Origin: Deltaproteobacteria bacterium
Lineage (GTDB): Bacteria > JAGRBM01 > JAHCIT01
Direction: 5' to 3'
Assembly (NCBI GenBank): GCA_026129095.1
Contig: JAHCIT010000002.1
Location: 310,001-374,000, forward strand
Length of the DNA: 64,000 bases
Shown here piece by piece: positions 8,528 through 16,738 of the stretch (position 1 is the stretch's first letter; every line of letters starts with the position of its first letter). Position numbers and translations under genes: made by a program. The notes under the pieces are model-generated. The model had not been told where the DNA came from. It saw only the letters and a program-made list of their open reading frames with translations, and made no database searches.

Positions 8528-11500
8528 TTACTGCACCTTCTCGGACGATTCGGGCAGCGTGCCGCCCGTCTCGAACAGGTAGTTGATCGGCTCGGCCGAG
8601 AAAGTGATCGCCTTGCCGTTGTCCATGACCGCTCCGAGCACCTCGTCGGCGTCGTCCATCATATCTTCCATGTTGAAGAAATACATCGGATCCCGCATCT
8701 GGTAGTAGATGTAGACGTCATCGAACTGCACGTGGAAGAACTGGACCGGGTAGGTCAGCTGCGACCGCACCGCGGCCGGCATCTCCTTCCCGTCGGTGAA
8801 CAGGCCAGGGTAGATCTTCGACCAGGTTTCGATCAGCGGCGAGTCCGATATCTTGTAGAACTTCACCTCGCCGCTGTAGGCGTCCACGGTCGCCTTCACC
8901 GAGTCCTCGATGTAGTTGGCCCAGCGGTGCGGCCGCGGGTAGCGGGTGCGCTCGTCGGACTTGTCGCCGAGGTCGCCCATCCAGCTGTTCGGGTAGGCAT
9001 TGCTCGTCGTCAAGCCGTTCAAGACCCACGTGATGCGGTCACCGTTGGCGAACGCATGGCCGTTCGTGTCGTAATAGAGGAACGGCGCGATCCGGTTCAG
9101 GCGCTCCACCGGAACCCGGTTGTAGTGGACGCGGGTCTCGCTGGTAATGAGGCCGCTGAACAGCACATCGAAGAACTGCCCGCTCTCCCAGCCGAAGGCG
9201 AGCCGCTTGACCAGCGAATCGATGTGGACACCGGTGCCGTCGCCCGGCGGCAGGATGAACTCGGCCCGGTCCTGTTCGGTCGGGTAGTCCAGTTCCTTCA
9301 TGTTCTTGACGTTCGTGTAGGCGATCGTGCCGGAACCCTCGCCATAGTAAACGCGGGGGTTCTCGACCTTGAGAACATCGTAAGCCGTCTGGACGGGGAT
9401 GTTCTTCGACACGTAGACCGGGTCGCCCTCAGGCGTGCTCTGCCCGGCCTTGCCCATCACCAGGCCATAGCCGTGGGTAAACAGCATGTACTGCTGCCCC
9501 CACCAGGCGAGCCAGGGCTGAGGCTCCACCAGCGGAACCTCGCGGATGGCGCTGAAGAACAACTGCTTCTCGCCGTCGATCGCGTAGCGGACCGAATCGA
9601 TGCCGAGGAAGTTGTAGTAGGCGCGCAGTTTCTGCTGCTGCCACAGGATTTCCTCGGTCGGCCCGTAGATGATCTTGTCGCCCTGGGTCTTGAGGATGCG
9701 GAGCGAGTGCTGCGGATCGAGCTGGGCTTCCAGATAGGAAGTGAAGCCCGGCCACAGCGGCGCATTGCGCACCGCCGGGCTGTTGAGGATCTCTTCAGCC
9801 GTGGGGATCGGGTCGCCGTGCCAGTTGGGGATGAACTCCTTCTGGGTGACCTTGTTCAGGTCGAACCCCTTGCGGGTCGCCTCGATGTGGTTCCCAAGGT
9901 GTCCGAGCTGGATAACCGGCTCGTTCGGGCGGACATAGATGTTGCCCTTGATGCCGACGAGGCCCTTGAAGCCGAAGTCAGCCAGGATGAGCAGGAACAC
10001 GAGGTTCCGCAGCTTGATCTGTCCCTCGCGCCAGCCCTCGGGCGGCTGCGCCTCTCCGGCAACACGGTTCAGGTTGTTCAGGTACATCACCACGGCCATG
10101 GTAATTCCGAGAATCACGAGCGTCGTGACGTAGATGTAGTTCAGGTTGGAGAGCAGCCCCTCGGTGTCGAGGTAGGTGGCGCCCTGCTTGATGACGTGCT
10201 TCTCGTTGGCCTTCAGGAGGATGTTGTAACGTGACAGCCATTCCCCGGCAGCGAGAATCACGCCCCAGATCGTCAGCGGAATGAGGACCGGACGGGTCGC
10301 CAGGCGGCCCGCCAGCTGCCAGAGCCGCGAAAGGCCGGTGCCGGAAAGCTGGCGGCCCTCGTTGGCCCACACCATGTAGGAGCAGCCGATCGCCGACAGG
10401 ACGCCCGCGGTCGTTCCGAACAGGAGCGCATACCAGATCGTCCAGTAGTTCGACAGCTCGTAGACGTAGAAGCCGAGATCGTTGCCGAACACCGGGTCGG
10501 CCTCGCCGAACGGCTTGCCGCCGAACAGCAGGAAGTCGCGGTACTCAAGGCACAGGAAGTAGGCGCCCACTGAACCGGCGATCAGGGCCAGGTTGATGAT
10601 GAACCGGCGCTGCCTTGCGGTGACGGGGTTCATGAACGCTGGCAGGGCGACCGAAACGGCCGTCATCAGGAAGCCGATGATAAAGAGCTTCGCGCCCATG
10701 CCGAAGTTGGTCCAGAAGACCGATTCGTGTCCGACCGCTTCCAGGAACCACTTGTCGAGCAGCACGATGCTCAACCGGTCAAGGAAGAACAGGCCGGTAA
10801 AGATCAGGCCATAGACCGAGAACCGCTCCCACAGGGCGAACGCGTGGGGAGCGCGCTCCAGCGGCACCTGCGGGAAATCGGCCGGTGCATCCTGCTCGAC
10901 CGACGCGCCAGGCTGGTCCTTGGGTTCGGCCTTGCCGTCGCTGCGGCGGAACGCCGCCAGGATCTCGGCCAGCGTCGTCTTGACCGAGCCTTCCCAGCCG
11001 TTCGTCACGAGGAAGTGGAAGTTGCCGGCCGAGAACAGCCGCACGCCCAGGTGCAGCATGGCGATGGTCATCGACTCGGGGAATCCCATGCCGCCCACGT
11101 ACATGGCGGCCGCCAGCGCCCACTCGCTCTGGCCGATACCGCCCGGCGTGAACCGGACGAGCCGTGCGATGTGGTAGGCGATGATCGCCATCAGGGTCGT
11201 GTTGTAGTCCGGCATGATGAACACATGGGTCGCCGTGAACCCCTGCGCAATGAAGTAGAGCGCGCCGTCCTGGAGCTCGAAGGCTGCCAGCGACAGGAAG
11301 CCCAGCCACACGGCCGTGATCGGCTGGCCCGCCACCAGGCGGATGCCCTGCCGGGCGCGGTCAAGGAAGTTCTTGACGCCGCCGGTGTCCTCGGTTTCGG
11401 GGTAGGTACGGCGCACAAGGCCGTAGGCCAGCCCAAGGATGAAGAGCGCCCAGAAGATCTGCGCGAACCACTCGCTCCAGCCGAAAATGGCCAGACCGAC

Positions 11501-12031
11501 GAAGCCGAACACCATGATCTCAAAGATGTCGAACAGGCCCTGGATGAACACCACGGACTTGGCGCGGTCCAGCGGGACGCCCTCGTCCTTCAGCGCGAGC
11601 GCGGCGGCCGTGTTGCCGAAGCCGAACGGGGCGACCTTGTTCCAGGACAGGCTGTAGCAGTAGGCGCGCAGGTTCTGGCCGAGGTTGGTCTTGAGACCCA
11701 GGAGCTTGGCGATCCCGTGGAACTGGAGCGCCTTGAACGCGAACACGAAGAAGAAGATGGCGACGACGAGCAGGATGATGTCCCAGCGGACCGGATCCTG
11801 CGACTGCAGGTAGTACTTGGGATCCGGAATGTAGGTGTATCCGGCGTTGCGGTCGTGGTACTGGATGATGCCCGCCTTGATCATCAGGTCGAGGAGCCGG
11901 GTGTTGGCGAGGAAGTTCCAGTATCCGCCGTGGTAGACCAGCGTACTGAGGAGCGCGATCATCGCCCCCAGGGACAGGACAAGTCCCGCCACATAGTTGC
12001 CAGTGCGTTCTTGGTTGCGTGGTTCGCTCAT
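8528..12031 (-). CDS. Fusion of a lysylphosphatidylglycerol-synthase TM (flippase-like, UPF0104) domain and a UPF0182 membrane protein; interrupted near the C-terminus
   Basis: N-terminal multi-TM region with TPGGIGQSE. UPF0182 motifs follow: DKWFLEAVGHESVFWT, FGEADPVFGNDLGFYVYEL, FTHGYG, PRVYYGE, NYIEDSVKATVDAYSGEVKFY. SD AAGGAG. Confidence 0.85.
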   Translation of the reverse strand: MSEPRNQERTGNYVAGLVLSLGAMIALLSTLVYHGGYWNFLANTRLLDLMIKAGIIQYHDRNAGYTYIPDPKYYLQSQDPVRWDIILLVVAIFFFVFAFKALQFHGIAKLLGLKTNLGQNLRAYCYSLSWNKVAPFGFGNTAAALALKDEGVPLDRAKSVVFIQGLFDIFEIMVFGFVGLAIFGWSEWFAQIFWALFILGLAYGLVRRTYPETEDTGGVKNFLDRARQGIRLVAGQPITAVWLGFLSLAAFELQDGALYFIAQGFTATHVFIMPDYNTTLMAIIAYHIARLVRFTPGGIGQSEWALAAAMYVGGMGFPESMTIAMLHLGVRLFSAGNFHFLVTNGWEGSVKTTLAEILAAFRRSDGKAEPKDQPGASVEQDAPADFPQVPLERAPHAFALWERFSVYGLIFTGLFFLDRLSIVLLDKWFLEAVGHESVFWTNFGMGAKLFIIGFLMTAVSVALPAFMNPVTARQRRFIINLALIAGSVGAYFLCLEYRDFLLFGGKPFGEADPVFGNDLGFYVYELSNYWTIWYALLFGTTAGVLSAIGCSYMVWANEGRQLSGTGLSRLWQLAGRLATRPVLIPLTIWGVILAAGEWLSRYNILLKANEKHVIKQGATYLDTEGLLSNLNYIYVTTLVILGITMAVVMYLNNLNRVAGEAQPPEGWREGQIKLRNLVFLLILADFGFKGLVGIKGNIYVRPNEPVIQLGHLGNHIEATRKGFDLNKVTQKEFIPNWHGDPIPTAEEILNSPAVRNAPLWPGFTSYLEAQLDPQHSLRILKTQGDKIIYGPTEEILWQQQKLRAYYNFLGIDSVRYAIDGEKQLFFSAIREVPLVEPQPWLAWWGQQYMLFTHGYGLVMGKAGQSTPEGDPVYVSKNIPVQTAYDVLKVENPRVYYGEGSGTIAYTNVKNMKELDYPTEQDRAEFILPPGDGTGVHIDSLVKRLAFGWESGQFFDVLFSGLITSETRVHYNRVPVERLNRIAPFLYYDTNGHAFANGDRITWVLNGLTTSNAYPNSWMGDLGDKSDERTRYPRPHRWANYIEDSVKATVDAYSGEVKFYKISDSPLIETWSKIYPGLFTDGKEMPAAVRSQLTYPVQFFHVQFDDVYIYYQMRDPMYFFNMEDMMDDADEVLGAVMDNGKAITFSAEPINYLFETGGTLPESSEKVQ

Positions 12032-12415
12032 GGATCAGGTTGCTCCTTGAAGGTGGAACGGGATTGTCCCCATTTCTCCCCTGTTTTTTCATGTACGCAG
12101 ACGGCCCCGGTTTCCGCATAACGGAAATCTTGTGCCCTTCGGCACCCTTACCGGAACATGGCGTTTAGGTAATCCGCTTCCCTTGAATATCGGCCCCAGA
12201 CCGCCTGATAGGCACAACGCTTAACGGATTGCGGAACCGGCGGTCAAGCTGAAATTGTCAACAATTCTCTGGTTAGGCTTCGGTATATAAGATATACCCG
12301 CCCCCCAAACGGGGTCGCGGGGGGCCAAGATCCGGCACCGGCAATTGTCTGGACTCCTCCCCCTGAACCAATATTTCTAAGGAAGCTGGCTGAAGCCCAT
12401 ACCGTCCCTGAAAGC

Positions 12416-13678
12416 ATGCGTGAACTGATAGCTTATTCGGCCATGGCGGCCACGGTGGGACTGACGGTCATCCGGCCCGCGATCACCCCCTCGTGGCGCG
12501 TGGGGCCCGCCACGGCCGCCGGGTTCGGCGCGCTCGTCATGCTCGCCGCCGGCGTCGTCGGCTGGCGGGATGTCGCCGCCTCCGGGGCGCTGCACTGGCG
12601 GCCATTCGTCACCATTGTCTCGATCATGACCGTGGCCGCCGTGGCCCGGGAAACCAGCGTCATGGACGCCCTCGCCCGCCGGATCTTCGCCTCGCCCGTT
12701 CAGACGGCCCACGGCCTTTTTGTCCGGGTGTTCCTCTTCAGCGCCCTCGTGTCGTCGATCCTGAACAACGACGCGATGGTGCTGCTGGTGACGCCGCTGG
12801 TGATTGCCCTTGTCCGGCAGCGGTTCCCCGGCCGCGAGGAACTGGCGGTCCCGTTCGCCTTCGCCGTCTTCCTGTCGATCGGCGTGGCGCCCTTTGTCGT
12901 CGCCAACCCCATGAACATGATCGTGGCGAGCTATGCCCACCTCAACTTCAACCAGTACGCCAGCTGGATGATCCCGGTGGCCGTGGCCGGATGGGCGGTC
13001 GTGCTTCCGCTGGCGGCCTGGTTTTTCCGGCGCGAACTGGCGGCAATGGCCCCGGAGGGCGGGGAGCCCCCCGCCTCCGAAACCGCCATGGACGGCTCCC
13101 AGAAGGCCATTGTCGCCCTGCTGCTGGCGATGGTCGCAGCCTACCCGGTCGTGGCGCTGATTGACGGCCCGAGCATCTGGCTCGTCGCCTTTGCGGGCGC
13201 CGCCGTCGCCCTCGCCCTGTCGGTGCGGTCGGCGGCCGGTGTCCGCCAGACGGTGATCTACAGCGTGGACTGGAACATTCTCGTGTTTCTCCTCAGCGTC
13301 TACGTGCTGGCGGTCGGCATGCGGAATGTGGGGCTCATTGATTTCATCGCCTCGTTCTATTCCACCATGAACCTCGCCGTCATCGGTGGCGTCTCGGCGC
13401 TGGGCTCGGCGCTGGTGAACAACCACCCGATGGCGATCATCAACCTGCTGGCGCTCGAGGCGGTCCCCGAAGCCGGCCGCCGGGAGATCCTCGCCGCGCT
13501 GGTGGGCGGCGACATCGGGCCCCGCCTGCTGCCCATCGGCTCGCTCGCCGGGCTCCTGTGGATCGAGAGCTGCCGCCGGTCGAAGGTGGCGATTCCGCTC
13601 CGGACGTTCATGGCCGTCGGGATTCTCGTCACCGTGCCCAGCATGGCCGTTTCGCTTTTGATTCTGTGGCTGCGCTGA
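12416..13678 (+). CDS. ArsB/NhaD-superfamily anion permease
   Basis: Highly hydrophobic, 420 aa; LNNDAMVLLVTP, ANPMN, NNHP and GPRLLPIGSLAGLLW motifs. Confidence 0.85.
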   Translation: MRELIAYSAMAATVGLTVIRPAITPSWRVGPATAAGFGALVMLAAGVVGWRDVAASGALHWRPFVTIVSIMTVAAVARETSVMDALARRIFASPVQTAHGLFVRVFLFSALVSSILNNDAMVLLVTPLVIALVRQRFPGREELAVPFAFAVFLSIGVAPFVVANPMNMIVASYAHLNFNQYASWMIPVAVAGWAVVLPLAAWFFRRELAAMAPEGGEPPASETAMDGSQKAIVALLLAMVAAYPVVALIDGPSIWLVAFAGAAVALALSVRSAAGVRQTVIYSVDWNILVFLLSVYVLAVGMRNVGLIDFIASFYSTMNLAVIGGVSALGSALVNNHPMAIINLLALEAVPEAGRREILAALVGGDIGPRLLPIGSLAGLLWIESCRRSKVAIPLRTFMAVGILVTVPSMAVSLLILWLR

Positions 13679-13749
13679 CCTACAAAAGCCCGCGACAAGC
13701 GATTGGTATTCCGCCTTTAGATTCCGACCCAACGGAGGATATTCGCCAA

Positions 13750-14277
13750 ATGAACCGGAAACCGGGACTGCACAGCCTGACTTTTCTGCTCGGTATTTTC
13801 CTGCTGGCCGCCCCGGCCGCCGCCCAGGAAACCTTCGAGGCCACCGTCGTCAAGGCCGTGTCGGGCGACGCCCTGGAGGTCCGGCGGGACAAGGCGAAGC
13901 AGACCGAAACCTACCACCTCGCCGGGGTGGACGCACCGGAACCGGGCCAGCCGTTCAGCAAGGAATCTGCTGATTTTCTTGGGAAAACGGCCACCGGAAA
14001 AAAGGTGAAGATCACCCCCCAGAAGGAAGAACAGCCGGGCCAGAAGGCGGCCCTCATCCTGCTGCCGGATGGCCGGAACCTCAGCCACCTCATGCTGGAG
14101 GAAGGACTCGTCTGGTGGTACCGGATGGCGCTCCCGCACGATCCGGTGCTGGACAAGACCGAGCACCAGACGCGGAAACTGAAAAAAGGCATCTGGAGCG
14201 ACCGGGACACCATGCCCCCCTGGGCCTGGCGGAGCCGCCTGGAAGAAACCGGCGGCGGGCCCATTAAGGACCGCTGA
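13750..14277 (+). CDS. Secreted thermonuclease (SNase)-fold protein, catalytic residues degenerate
   Basis: Signal peptide ending AAAQE; GD...LAGVDAPEPGQPF...MLEEGLVWWY...KKGIWS...PPWAWR; SD GGAGG. Confidence 0.82.
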   Translation: MNRKPGLHSLTFLLGIFLLAAPAAAQETFEATVVKAVSGDALEVRRDKAKQTETYHLAGVDAPEPGQPFSKESADFLGKTATGKKVKITPQKEEQPGQKAALILLPDGRNLSHLMLEEGLVWWYRMALPHDPVLDKTEHQTRKLKKGIWSDRDTMPPWAWRSRLEETGGGPIKDR

Positions 14278-14615
14278 AAACCACCTTCCCCTGATTTTGT
14301 TTGTTTTAAGATGCCCGGCAGCCAGGAAAACCGGGCAAAACAGCCGGTTTTAGCTGTCAAGCCATTAAAATTATTGGCTATTTTTGGTTTTCCGCTGATC
14401 CCCTGAATGGGCCCTGGGCTCCTTTTCGGGTAATGGAACCGGCCGGGATTTCCCCCAATCCCCAAGGAAAGTGCCAAAATCGGGCACATCCCGCCTTTTT
14501 CTCTTGAACCTGGCCGCCGAATCAGGCTAGCTTCCTTACTGCAAATTAAGGAACCACAACCTCCGGCCGAAAGCCATGGTGGCAAATGCCGGAGGGGGTC
14601 AGGGAGCACGGTAAC

Positions 14616-16625
14616 ATGAAGATCAATACTACTTTCGGCAAGATGCTAATTCTGTTCGCCTTCGCCATCGGCATGATGGCGATGCCTTCGGTGGCCAGCG
14701 CGGCGACCTTCACGGTCGACAGCAAGCTCGACACCTTCGACGACGACCCGGGCGACGGCATCTGCGACGACGGCGACGGCAACTGCACGCTGCGCGCAGC
14801 CATCGAGGAGGCCAACGCCAGCAGTGGCCGCGACGCGATCATCATCGGCGTCACCGGCACGATCGTTCTCTCGAACGGCAGCTTCAACTGCATCGTCGAG
14901 GGGCTCAAGATCATCGGCCCCGGCTCGGGCGTCCTGACGATTGACGTGGACGAAACCGACGATGGCCCCCTGTTCGGCTTCGACTCCGCCGGGGATCCCA
15001 GCGATCCGTGCGATGGCGATGACTCCGGTAATGGCGGCGCCCACGACTTCGTCCTGAAGGGCCTCACCATCGAGAACCTGGACGCGTGGCCGGCCGTTTA
15101 CGTCGCCAACACCGACTACCTCAACCTGATTGACCTCACGGTGACGAACAGCAATGTCGAAGAGGGCGCGACGGATGACTATGCGCTTGCCGCGTTCGTG
15201 GCGATTGACGGCAGTGCCGACCTCACTGATATCGTCATCACCGACAGCACCGGCACGACCGTCACGGACGGCAGCAACTGCCGTGCCGAGGGTTCGGGCA
15301 TCGCGGTGGCGGGTGAGGCCGGCACCGTGAACATGATGAACATCACCGTCACGGGACTGGAGCTGGATACCATCGGCGTCAACTGCGCCCAGGATACCGG
15401 CATGGCTGCCATCAGCGTGACCGGCGGCAACAAGAAGGTGACCATCACCAACGCGCTCATCGACTCCAACACCGTGACATGGCAGCACAACAACAGCTGG
15501 CGTGAGGTTGGCGGCCCGGGCATCGTGATCAACGGCGCCGACAAGGATGTGACGCTCGATAACGTCACTGTCACCAACAACACGTTCCTGGATGCCAATA
15601 CGGGTGGCAATAGCAGTGCAGAGGACCGCCACGGCGGCGCCGGTCTCTATATCGGCAGCGGATCGCCGACGGTATGGGTCCTGGATTCCTACATCGGCAG
15701 CAACGAATCCGAGATCAACGGCGGCGGCGTCCTGATCTCCGGCGGCTACACCACCTTCGTCAACACCACGATCGAGGGCAACAGCGCCGTGGGACACTAT
15801 GAAGACCAGTCGGATCCGGATATCGGCGGCGGCGGCGGCATCTTCATCACCGGTGCGCCGAAGCGCGTGGACATCATCCAGAGCACGATCCGGGACAACA
15901 CGACCGAGAACGACGGCGGCGGCATCCACATGCGCGGCGCGTCGAGCACCGAGCAGTACCTGAACATCCTCAACAGCTCGATCGCCAACAACTCGGCCGA
16001 AGGCAACGGCGGCGGCATCCACCGCTACGCCGGCACGGCGACGCTGATCCACACCACGGTTGACGGAAACTCGGCCGAGGGGATCGGCGGCGGCCTGAGC
16101 GACTACTATACCAACAGCGACACCCCGCCCGACGGCTGGCCCCGCGAAAGCCGCGGCATCTCCTACCTGGCGAACTCGATCCTGTCGGGCTCGTCCGACA
16201 GCGACACCTCCTCCGACTGCGTGGGCAACGTGAAGTCGTTCGGCGGCAGCGTGGTCGAGACGGCCGCGGAGCGGACCTGCAAGGACAGCCTGCAGGCCAG
16301 CGACCGCAAGAACGTCGCCGCGCAGGTGACGGGCCTCCAGCAGGGCGGCACGGGCCCGCAGGGCAACGCCGGCGAGATGGGTATCGGCCAGGTGCTGGCG
16401 ATCGCCGGCAACTCGCCCGCCGTGAACCTGGGCCTTGCCCAGTACTGCAACTTCTTCGACCAGCGGGGCGTCCTGCGCTCGCACAACGCCTGCGACGCGG
16501 GCGCGTTCCAGGCCGGTGGCGGCGGTGGCGGCGGCTGCGCCTCCTCCAGCGCCCCGGTGCTGTGGCTGCTCCTGGCGGCCATCGGCGGGGCGTGGGTGGT
16601 CCGGCGGCGCCGGGCGATCGCCTGA
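14616..16625 (+). CDS. CSLREA-domain beta-helix surface protein with choice-of-anchor Q region and MYXO-CTERM-like tail
   Basis: Signal peptide, ATFTVDS, CTLRAAIEEAN, repeated NxAxxxGGGI, SPAVNLG...DQRGVLR...CDAGAFQ, tail GGGGGGGC-hydrophobic-RRRR. Confidence 0.85.
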   Translation: MKINTTFGKMLILFAFAIGMMAMPSVASAATFTVDSKLDTFDDDPGDGICDDGDGNCTLRAAIEEANASSGRDAIIIGVTGTIVLSNGSFNCIVEGLKIIGPGSGVLTIDVDETDDGPLFGFDSAGDPSDPCDGDDSGNGGAHDFVLKGLTIENLDAWPAVYVANTDYLNLIDLTVTNSNVEEGATDDYALAAFVAIDGSADLTDIVITDSTGTTVTDGSNCRAEGSGIAVAGEAGTVNMMNITVTGLELDTIGVNCAQDTGMAAISVTGGNKKVTITNALIDSNTVTWQHNNSWREVGGPGIVINGADKDVTLDNVTVTNNTFLDANTGGNSSAEDRHGGAGLYIGSGSPTVWVLDSYIGSNESEINGGGVLISGGYTTFVNTTIEGNSAVGHYEDQSDPDIGGGGGIFITGAPKRVDIIQSTIRDNTTENDGGGIHMRGASSTEQYLNILNSSIANNSAEGNGGGIHRYAGTATLIHTTVDGNSAEGIGGGLSDYYTNSDTPPDGWPRESRGISYLANSILSGSSDSDTSSDCVGNVKSFGGSVVETAAERTCKDSLQASDRKNVAAQVTGLQQGGTGPQGNAGEMGIGQVLAIAGNSPAVNLGLAQYCNFFDQRGVLRSHNACDAGAFQAGGGGGGGCASSSAPVLWLLLAAIGGAWVVRRRRAIA

Positions 16626-16650
16626 GAGCCCTCTAGCTAACGCTCATCAC

Positions 16651-16687
16651 GGGACGGGCGCCTTTCCGAAGGCGCCCGTTCTCTTTT
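16651..16687 (+). terminator. Rho-independent terminator
   Basis: GACGGGCGCCTT-tccg-AAGGCGCCCGTT followed by CTCTTTT. Confidence 0.75.
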
Positions 16688-16738
16688 GCGGCCGGAGCGG
16701 ATAAATACCCGCCATAACCGTTCGGGAGGCTTTGGATC

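Noticed and set aside
8528-8530. Stop-codon readthrough or selenocysteine/pyrrolysine recoding
   Set aside because: The stop is TAA and the downstream part is in a different frame; no slippery sequence is evident.
12100-12150. Hairpins in the UPF0182 leader containing GCCGAAGG, resembling a glycine riboswitch
   Set aside because: The GGAGA and CTCTCAGG core elements are missing; no convincing match to any riboswitch I know.
14461-14476. Sigma54-like TGGCAC-N5-TTGG on the minus strand
   Set aside because: The -12 GC is absent and it would point antisense into the nuclease gene.
14540-14600. CCTCCGGCC resembling P3 of a c-di-GMP-I riboswitch
   Set aside because: No GGCAAA...GAAA tetraloop hairpin or GACGCAAA junction upstream.
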